Sequence record: MK605242.1
Reading direction: 5' to 3' (one strand)
From: Nodularia phage vB_NspS-kac65v151
DNA length: 32,000 nt
Below, piece after piece: positions 25,731-32,000 of this stretch. A program made the position numbers and the translations under genes. A model generated the notes under the pieces. The model was not told the origin of the DNA. It was given only the letters and a program-made list of their open reading frames with translations, and did no database searches. Positions within the stretch are counted from its first letter, which is position 1, and each line of letters opens with the position of its first letter.

Positions 25731-26972
25731 TCAACCGACTTTGACACTCCCCACGGCTAGAAGCCGTGGGGATTCTTGCGTCACAGGGATTCCAACGAAT
25801 TTACCCTCAGCAAGCATCTTTACCGTCTGCCCGACGGCTGCAAGTCCTCTAATCAGAACTACTTGAGCGGCTGCAACATCTCTATCAGTTGTATAGCCAC
25901 AATGTTCACAAACATGAACACGCTGTGACAACTCTTTTTTACCCGTTTCTATTCTACAATTAGGGCAAATCTGAGAAGTCTTTCGGCTATCTACTTTCTG
26001 GAAAAATACACCACGCTTAAAACAACACTGCTCCAGAATTTCAAAGAATTGTCCCCATCCAGCATCTAGACAATGCTTGCCAAGTATTCCCCTGGACAAT
26101 CCCACTAAATTCAAATCTTCTACAAAGATAGTTTGAGCAGTATCACAAAGTTGATGTGCTATTTTCCAATGAAAGTCCTTTCTAGTATTAGCAATATGTT
26201 CATGCAATTTTGCCACTTTCTTTTGAGCTTTGTGCCAATTATTTGACCCTTTAACTTTACGACTAACTCTTTGTTGCAGCAATTTAAGCTGGCGTTGGAG
26301 GTCTACAAAGAATTTAGGGCGTTGAACACAAAGTCCACCAGAAGTAGCAACAAAACTGATTAATCCCACATCGACACCAATTGCTTCTCCCACTGGTTGA
26401 TGTTGAGGAACAGACACATTCCATTGCAATGTTAACATTGCATACCATCCAGATACCCGTTTGACAATTCTCACTTGTTTAACTGTTGCATCTGTGGGAA
26501 TCTCACGGGATTTTCTCAACCTTACCCATCCAATTCCAGGGAGTTTAACAGCATTGTTTTTTAAGGGTTCTTTTCCTAGTTGCGGAAATACAAAAGAACG
26601 GAACTGCCCAGCTTTCTTAAAACGAGGGAATCCAAAATTGCGCTCCCATAAGGAAGTGAAAGCATTTTCCAGTCTTTTGAGTGTTTGTTGCAATACCTGA
26701 GAATGGACACTTTTTAATTCTGGATATTGTTCCTTTGCTGCAGTTAATGATTTACACTGAATTGAGTAGGTAGGGCGTGGTGTATCTGCGGGGATAATGT
26801 ATTCAGAATGCAATGAACAAGCGTTAATTTGACAGGAGCGGGATTTATACCAATGCTTGCGTTCTGCTAAGGCATAGTTATAGACTTTGCGGTTAATTTC
26901 TAACCAGCCTTGAAAGATTTTTATTTGCTGCTTAGTTGGTTTTAGTCGAAACTCATAAGTCAAAGAAAACAC
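25731..26972 (-). CDS. tnpB: TnpB-family RNA-guided endonuclease / OrfB transposase
   Basis: EAIGVDVGLISFVA, IFVEDLNLVGLSR, CPNCRIETGKKELSQRVHVCEHCGYTTDRDVAAAQ. The catalytic D/E/D and four-cysteine finger appear intact. Confidence 0.93.
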   Translation of the reverse strand: MFSLTYEFRLKPTKQQIKIFQGWLEINRKVYNYALAERKHWYKSRSCQINACSLHSEYIIPADTPRPTYSIQCKSLTAAKEQYPELKSVHSQVLQQTLKRLENAFTSLWERNFGFPRFKKAGQFRSFVFPQLGKEPLKNNAVKLPGIGWVRLRKSREIPTDATVKQVRIVKRVSGWYAMLTLQWNVSVPQHQPVGEAIGVDVGLISFVATSGGLCVQRPKFFVDLQRQLKLLQQRVSRKVKGSNNWHKAQKKVAKLHEHIANTRKDFHWKIAHQLCDTAQTIFVEDLNLVGLSRGILGKHCLDAGWGQFFEILEQCCFKRGVFFQKVDSRKTSQICPNCRIETGKKELSQRVHVCEHCGYTTDRDVAAAQVVLIRGLAAVGQTVKMLAEGKFVGIPVTQESPRLLAVGSVKVG

Positions 26973-27134
26973 TTATTCATCACCTCCTAAAAGAATTATA
27001 CGTTATATTTAACTAAGGTCAATACGAAAGATAAACTTTCTGTGGCTAAAGCCATACAAAGGTTGCACAGTGGCTAAAGCCACAAATCGCCTACATCCCC
27101 ATGTCTAAAGCCAGGGGCTTTGGCTCGTTTTTCG
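25741..27134 (-). mobile_element. IS200/IS605-family tnpB-only element (element C), inverted orientation
   Basis: On the minus strand the right end is GAATCCCCACGGCTTCTAGCCGTGGGGAGTGTCAA, ending at plus coordinate 25741. The left end is inferred at 27134, adjacent to TTAC (plus GTAA 27135-27138). Confidence 0.75.
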
Positions 27135-27151
27135 GTAAAGAAATAAAACTT

Positions 27152-27661
27152 ATGAAAGCTAGGACTGCTGTAAATGACGCAGTTAATAAATTAGTGAGTA
27201 ATGACAGTAGCCTTAATCAGTCTGATGTCATGAAGGAAATAATCAGCGCTACGCTGGAACAGCAATATGGTAAGGATTCTTTAGCTTTTAAGCTACACCA
27301 AGAGGCTGCTAAATCACCCAAGTATAAAGATGAGGTCGGATTTGCTTTACTTGCTGGTAGCGATCGCCCCTCACACTTGGCAAAAGCTGCTGAAGCTGCA
27401 CTGGATGCACAGGGTAAGAACTCTCATAGGTTGGTTGAGGATTTGGTTGGATCTGTGACTAAAAACAAAGCTGCACAAGGTCACAGCGACGACTACTATA
27501 AAAAAGACCCTATACACTCCCCCAACACTGAAGCCTTTGCCTATATAATCTCGCTGTATGGTTCTGGATCACCTTTGGCTGTAGAAGTCATGGAGAATCT
27601 AACACCAGGTGGTTATGGGTTCACTAAGGACATACTGCGGAAGGTAGGCGCTATAAGTTAG
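27152..27661 (+). CDS. hypothetical protein
   Basis: The native start is likely MKARTAVNDAVNKL at 27152. The upstream in-frame MSKARGFGSFFGKEIKL (27101) is mostly encoded by the left end of element C. Confidence 0.6.
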   Translation: MKARTAVNDAVNKLVSNDSSLNQSDVMKEIISATLEQQYGKDSLAFKLHQEAAKSPKYKDEVGFALLAGSDRPSHLAKAAEAALDAQGKNSHRLVEDLVGSVTKNKAAQGHSDDYYKKDPIHSPNTEAFAYIISLYGSGSPLAVEVMENLTPGGYGFTKDILRKVGAIS

Positions 27662-27732
27662 CAGGTAGTACAGATTTACTATTGCATTATGTCTGCAATG
27701 GTGTATAGTGAAAACAGCAGAGGTATTTAACT

Positions 27733-27924
27733 ATGGAAAACTCACTAGAGTATATAAAGGCACAGTATACTGATAAGTTCGGTCAAAGTCTCTCACTTTT
27801 CCTGTATGAGGGTGAAGATGATGAGCTAAAAGAATTACTGCTAGGGTCGATCGCGTCTGGTAAGCCTGTAAATCTGACTGATTTGGAAATTGATGATATG
27901 GAAGACCTTGGTATTGACATTTAG
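27733..27924 (+). CDS. hypothetical acidic protein, 63 aa
   Basis: Complete ORF followed by a bidirectional terminator. Confidence 0.55.
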   Translation: MENSLEYIKAQYTDKFGQSLSLFLYEGEDDELKELLLGSIASGKPVNLTDLEIDDMEDLGIDI

Positions 27925-27947
27925 CCGGAAATTAATAGCAAAAATAG

Positions 27948-27974
27948 ACCTCCCATAATTAGACTATGGGAGGT
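27948..27974. terminator. bidirectional intrinsic terminator
   Basis: ACCTCCCATA-ATTAGAC-TATGGGAGGT between convergent ORFs, followed by TTTTA. Confidence 0.85.
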
Positions 27975-27980
27975 TTTAAA

Positions 27981-28334
27981 TTATGCACTCAACTTTTCAA
28001 ATACATCATCACCTGCACCAAAAATTGATACATACCAACCACCGTCAAGGCTACTTGGGTAAATCGCCACAAATTCACTATCTAAGCTATACTCGCGCAC
28101 TCTAGCCGCAAACTTGAGATAACCAGCATAGGTTTTACCGATTTCAATTATTTGTGACAATGGTAAATAAGCGAAATCAGTCACGATATCACCAAGCAAA
28201 TTAAACCCAGGAAACACAACTAGCCCTCGCTCAGACGATCGCTCATAACCGCTTTTGGCGACACTTAGCAAGTAGCCATTACCACGCTGCTTGAGTAGCC
28301 GTTGCATTTTACCACGCTGTTTAGCTTTCCCCAC
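27981..28334 (-). CDS. hypothetical protein, 117 aa
   Basis: Complete ORF placed against a bidirectional terminator. Confidence 0.6.
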   Translation of the reverse strand: MGKAKQRGKMQRLLKQRGNGYLLSVAKSGYERSSERGLVVFPGFNLLGDIVTDFAYLPLSQIIEIGKTYAGYLKFAARVREYSLDSEFVAIYPSSLDGGWYVSIFGAGDDVFEKLSA

Positions 28335-28436
28335 TTTCTTAATTCCTTATAATATATCTGTACTATTGGTGTGAGATTATCTTGACAGGCAATCATCCCT
28401 AAGCCGCTTTTCGCATGATTACCAAAGCGATCGTCC

Positions 28437-28673
28437 TTAAGTTGCTTTTCGCTTCGGCTGTGCAGGTACTTGCTGCGGGCGACGTGGTAATGATTGTGGT
28501 CGTAAAGGTTTAGGAGGTGCGACGGGGGCAGCTACAAGTTGGTTGAGAATACTGAAGATACCTTGTCTAGTATTTTCTAACCCACCGTAGCTGTAACGTA
28601 ATTCTTCTAGTGCTTTATTAGCTGTTCCAATTGCTGCATACTGCTGTTGGAGTTGATTTAGTTTAGTTGTCAT
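28437..28673 (-). CDS. hypothetical protein, 78 aa, proline-rich C-terminus
   Basis: MTTKLNQLQQQYAAIGTANKALEELRYSYGG...PPKPLRPQSLPRRPQQVPAQPKRKAT; same strand as 27981..28334. Confidence 0.5.
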   Translation of the reverse strand: MTTKLNQLQQQYAAIGTANKALEELRYSYGGLENTRQGIFSILNQLVAAPVAPPKPLRPQSLPRRPQQVPAQPKRKAT

Positions 28674-28769
28674 AAATGAGATAATTAAAACATCTCAGTT
28701 ATCTTACTATAATTTCTTTCTAGTTTGGTGGTTTAGTTAAAATTGTAAATAAACATACAGTAGTTATCT

Positions 28770-29840
28770 ATGTTAGCAGACCTGTTTTTTAGATTAAACA
28801 ATTACAATTGCTCGGTAGTTAATTTCAGTGAGCCAGATTTCCGATCTTTTGGGCAGATAAAGTGCTTGTATCAGCTTGAGTTTAGTGAGGGTGGTTTACT
28901 TCTCAAAGAAATAATTGAGTCTCATTACACTGACGGAATAGACAGCCTAGAAGATGTAGAAATAGATGGTGAGACGGCTACTGGTTATTTCACAGATATT
29001 ATTTCCCCAACACTGGTTAAAAGGTTCAAGTTTAAGGTGACTAAAGAGAAGGTCACGTATAGTGCTATAAATACTGAAGAACTTCTCGCAGCTAAAGAAA
29101 ATGATTTTTCTGAGTGGTTAGATTTTGGAGGACAACCAAGACCTAGAAACTGTACCCCTTCTAGTTTACAGTGTGGTGGGGCTTGTTTGCCTATACAAAC
29201 ACCTTCTGGAGGTACTACGGAATGCCAAAACAATAACTCTGCAAGTGTCGGGGCTAAGGTTGGGGAATTATTTAATAAGTGGAAAGATGTTGCTAGTTCT
29301 CCCGAAGGAATAGCAAAAGCAGCAGGTAGCGTTGGTGGTATAGTTGGTAATGCTGTAGGAGGTACTTTAGGCAAATCAGCAGGTACAGCAGCAGCTAAGT
29401 TTGTAGCTAAAAAGGCTACTGGTCAGACTACAGATATCCAAAGCGAGATAAAAGAGGCACTGCCGTCACTGTCAGGATCTATTATTGGTGAGACATTGGG
29501 ACACATGGTAGGTGGTAAGGTAGGTGGCTTAATTGGAGGACTTATCGGGTCAGTAGCTTCTGAAGGTATTAAACAAGTTAGTGAGGTGAGAATGAGTAAA
29601 AAATCTGAGCTTGAGAATGAGCAAGTTTATAAAGATGCAAATAAACTCCAAAAGCTGATACAGTTAGGGAGAGCCACAGCCGCAGGTGTGCAAGGCAAAG
29701 CTAAGGAGTCCACTAAAGGTGGTGCTGTAAGCTGGGCTGTGGGTTCGATTACATCAGCAATCACAGGTAATGATACTCTGGGTGATATTGCTTCAGATTA
29801 TTTACCAGATGAAATAAAGAAGAGGAAAGGCAATCCCTAA
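28770..29840 (+). CDS. hypothetical protein, 356 aa, with a Cys-rich segment and glycine-zipper-like hydrophobic repeats
   Basis: NCTPSSLQCGGACLPIQTPSGGTTEC, then GSVGGIVGNAVGGTLGKSAG and GETLGHMVGGKVGGLIGGLIGSVASEG. Confidence 0.65.
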   Translation: MLADLFFRLNNYNCSVVNFSEPDFRSFGQIKCLYQLEFSEGGLLLKEIIESHYTDGIDSLEDVEIDGETATGYFTDIISPTLVKRFKFKVTKEKVTYSAINTEELLAAKENDFSEWLDFGGQPRPRNCTPSSLQCGGACLPIQTPSGGTTECQNNNSASVGAKVGELFNKWKDVASSPEGIAKAAGSVGGIVGNAVGGTLGKSAGTAAAKFVAKKATGQTTDIQSEIKEALPSLSGSIIGETLGHMVGGKVGGLIGGLIGSVASEGIKQVSEVRMSKKSELENEQVYKDANKLQKLIQLGRATAAGVQGKAKESTKGGAVSWAVGSITSAITGNDTLGDIASDYLPDEIKKRKGNP

Positions 29841-30052
29841 TGACTAAAGAGCTACAAGAGTTAGAGAAGTCGTTGATTTCTCACCTACAGAAAATGTTGG
29901 ATAATGATACAGATATAAGAGTTAAGAAGTGGGAAAAAGTAGCAGTAGAGGGTAATAAAACAGCAGCAAGCTTCTTTACTGAGGATGATGTACACATGGT
30001 AATAGTCACTCAAAAAGGCAATCCCAAGTTTGAACTGTTGGAAGTTGGTTAG
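29840..30052 (+). CDS. hypothetical small protein, 70 aa, translationally coupled to the upstream gene
   Basis: Start codon overlaps the stop of 28770..29840; MTKELQELEKSLISHLQKMLDNDTDIRVKKWEKVAVEG... Confidence 0.6.
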   Translation: MTKELQELEKSLISHLQKMLDNDTDIRVKKWEKVAVEGNKTAASFFTEDDVHMVIVTQKGNPKFELLEVG

Positions 30053-30079
30053 TTGATGAAAATACAGTAATAGTCAGAG

Positions 30080-30107
30080 AACCCACGACATTAAGCCGTG
30101 GGTTTTT
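30080..30107 (+). terminator. intrinsic terminator
   Basis: AACCCACGACATTAAGCCGTGGGTTTTT. Confidence 0.85.
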
Positions 30108-30370
30108 CGACGGTAGTATGCGTGATTTATCTCACTACTAGGTTACAATCGAGTAAGTATAGTTAAAATAATTAAAATGACAGCCGCAGAGTTATTTTTA
30201 AGCCTCGCCAAATACACGCAATCCGTATCCGGCTCAGACTTTTCAGAATTATCTCACTTGATCAAACCCGTGTATTTCTATTTTCAGTTCTGTCATTTTT
30301 ATTGTCCTCAGTCGTGTATATTATGAAACCAGCACCAAAGAAAGATGCTGGCTATTAGATGTGAAAAAAG

Positions 30371-30574
30371 TTAAATATTGACCAGTAGTGGTTTTTTACT
30401 AACAGCAGCGATCGCCATTGCCTCGGCTAACTTAATCATTGTTTCCTGATGTCCTGTTTCCTGGAATACTGGTAGTGCTGAAAGTTTAAGTAACTTTGGT
30501 GCGGCTCTTTTGCAGATTTGCCAAGATACTTCATTACTGCTCACTTCTAAAAAATAGAACCAAGTCTTGATCAT
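30371..30574 (-). CDS. hypothetical protein, 67 aa
   Basis: ORF downstream of dnaN on the same strand. No recognisable motif. Confidence 0.3.
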   Translation of the reverse strand: MIKTWFYFLEVSSNEVSWQICKRAAPKLLKLSALPVFQETGHQETMIKLAEAMAIAAVSKKPLLVNI

Positions 30575-30711
30575 TGTTGGAGTGTTCTTTTACTAGGCTT
30601 GCGAATTGAGAAAAGCCAGAACAGCTCCAGCCGTAGTTGATATGTCTGTACATTCCCATTTTGTTTTACCTTTTGTGTGCAGTGTTTTGGGTGTGTGAGG
30701 AGTGGTAGCTT

Positions 30712-31860
30712 TTAGCCGTGTACCTTAACTTCCTTTGGGAATATAAGATAAGTCATTTTCAACCCACTTAGAGGAGTTATGGCAACAGCAGTTCTTGAAT
30801 AGTTGTAATGTATCTGGGCTTCAGTAGAGTTCATAGCTTTCAGACCTTCTATGAGGTGATCCAGGTCAAAAGTTAAAGTAACATCAGTACCACTAACCTG
30901 AGACTGTACTCTCTCACCATAAACTCTGCCATACTGTGCTGAGTCTTTGATTTTCAAGTCTAGCTCTTGATAAGTGTAGACTGTTCGTAGTTCTACTAGC
31001 TTACTACCCTTACCTGAAGTTTGAGATTTTAGCAGGTTGAGTTTATCTAGGAGCGGCTTACGATCAACAGCTAAGAAAATCTCAGTTCGCTTGGGCAATA
31101 ATTTCCAGTATTGTGGGTATTCTTCTCTAATCGCACGACTGATGAGTTGGTTATCTCCCCAATCAAACGAGATGTTAAAACCATCGCACTTCACAATCAC
31201 ATCAACACCAGAGTTGATAGCTTTATCAGCTAAAAGTTTTCTCAACTCTTCTAAGGCTGTGGCAGGTACTAAGGCTTTAAATGGCGTGTTAGTACCGTAA
31301 AGGTTAAGGAAGCTTACAACGGATAACCTAGCCCCATCTGTAGCAGCTAATTCTAAGCTTTCTTCGGAGATAGTCAGCATAACACCAAGTAAAACTGTTT
31401 TGTTTTTGTCCTTACTTGCTGCAAAGGTTGTACACTGTAAGCCTTCCAATAGCTGCTGCTTGCTAAGAATAGCTGTTGAAGTATCACCAGTTGGTAAGGG
31501 TATCTCTGGGAAATCTTCAGAAGTTAGGCAATCAGTAATGCTGTAGCTACCTGATTCAGACTTTAAGACAACGCCATCTGGTTCTACACTTTCAACTGTT
31601 ATATCGCCTTTTAGTAAGGTAACAGCATCTAGTAATGGCTTTGCAGGGATTGTTATAGATCCCCCGCGTAGCGCTTCAACTTTTAACTTAGTCGTAATGC
31701 TGGTGCTAAGGTCAAAACCAACCAGTGTTATTTCATTTGTAGTCTCATCTGCTTTAATGAGTATATGAGATAGGACTGGGAAGTGTGATCGTTTGTCAGT
31801 AGCTTTCTTTGCTATGGTTACTGCTTTTTTGAGTTCGGACTGTGTACAAGTGAATTTCAT
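30712..31860 (-). CDS. dnaN: DNA polymerase III subunit beta (sliding clamp)
   Basis: MKFTCTQSELKKAVTIAKKATDKRSHFPVLSHILIKA, LVGFDLSTSITTKL, GSITIPAKPLLDAVTLL, EDFPEIP, LLGVMLTISEESLELAATDGARLSVV, HLIEGLKAMNSTEAQIHYNYSRTAVAITP. Confidence 0.92.
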   Translation of the reverse strand: MKFTCTQSELKKAVTIAKKATDKRSHFPVLSHILIKADETTNEITLVGFDLSTSITTKLKVEALRGGSITIPAKPLLDAVTLLKGDITVESVEPDGVVLKSESGSYSITDCLTSEDFPEIPLPTGDTSTAILSKQQLLEGLQCTTFAASKDKNKTVLLGVMLTISEESLELAATDGARLSVVSFLNLYGTNTPFKALVPATALEELRKLLADKAINSGVDVIVKCDGFNISFDWGDNQLISRAIREEYPQYWKLLPKRTEIFLAVDRKPLLDKLNLLKSQTSGKGSKLVELRTVYTYQELDLKIKDSAQYGRVYGERVQSQVSGTDVTLTFDLDHLIEGLKAMNSTEAQIHYNYSRTAVAITPLSGLKMTYLIFPKEVKVHG

Positions 31861-31894
31861 GGCGTTAAGATTAGTAGTGAATCGTTTCTAATGT

Positions 31895-31931
31895 AGCTGC
31901 TGAGTGGTGGAATAATTCAGCAGCTTTTTTT
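31895..31931 (+). terminator. plus-oriented intrinsic terminator upstream of the divergent dnaN start
   Basis: AGCTGCTGA GTGGTGGAATAAT TCAGCAGCT TTTTTT. Confidence 0.75.
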
Positions 31932-32000
31932 AAGTATTGGTGTTAGTACCAACCAGGAGTTAGCTGTGATTCTGGGTAAGAAGCTTCACCAGGAACTGTG

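Noticed and set aside
26461-26700. Plus-strand ORF antisense to the second tnpB
   Set aside because: It overlaps a strongly supported tnpB and has no motifs.
30177-30326. Small ORF MTAAELFLSLAKYTQSVSGSDFSELSHLIKPVYFYFQFCHFYCPQSCILL
   Set aside because: 49 aa with no clear ribosome-binding site, no motif and unusual C-terminal composition. It cannot be supported as coding.
1-32000. CRISPR array, tRNA or diversity-generating retroelement
   Set aside because: No regularly spaced direct repeats with spacers, no tRNA-like cloverleaf with a GGTTCGAATCC arm in a suitable context, and no reverse transcriptase ORF were seen.

Overview
This 32 kb window looks like part of a cyanophage, prophage or phage-plasmid genome from a filamentous cyanobacterial host. 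At least eight HIP1 octamers (GCGATCGC) and three TnpB-type IS200/IS605 relics support that host. It holds two functional blocks. (1) Nucleotide and DNA metabolism: a thymidylate kinase; an adenosylcobalamin-dependent class II ribonucleotide reductase interrupted by a ~336 aa intein directly before the presumed thiyl-radical cysteine; a protein resembling PduO-type cob(I)alamin adenosyltransferase; a minus-strand protein resembling the alpha-glutamyl/putrescinyl-thymine pyrophosphorylase / 5-hmdU DNA kinase helical-domain family linked to thymine hypermodification; an HU protein; and a DNA polymerase III beta clamp. (2) Virion morphogenesis: a very large putative tape-measure protein (3282 aa) with several internal repeat systems, followed by small putative tail or virion genes. 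The leading candidates for something undescribed are a phage-encoded B12-cofactor-supply and class II RNR module, the nearby candidate thymine-hypermodification factor, and a TnpB-less IS element that keeps an omegaRNA-like right end. No tRNA, rRNA or CRISPR array was recognised. All family assignments come from motif recognition by eye; no database search was run.
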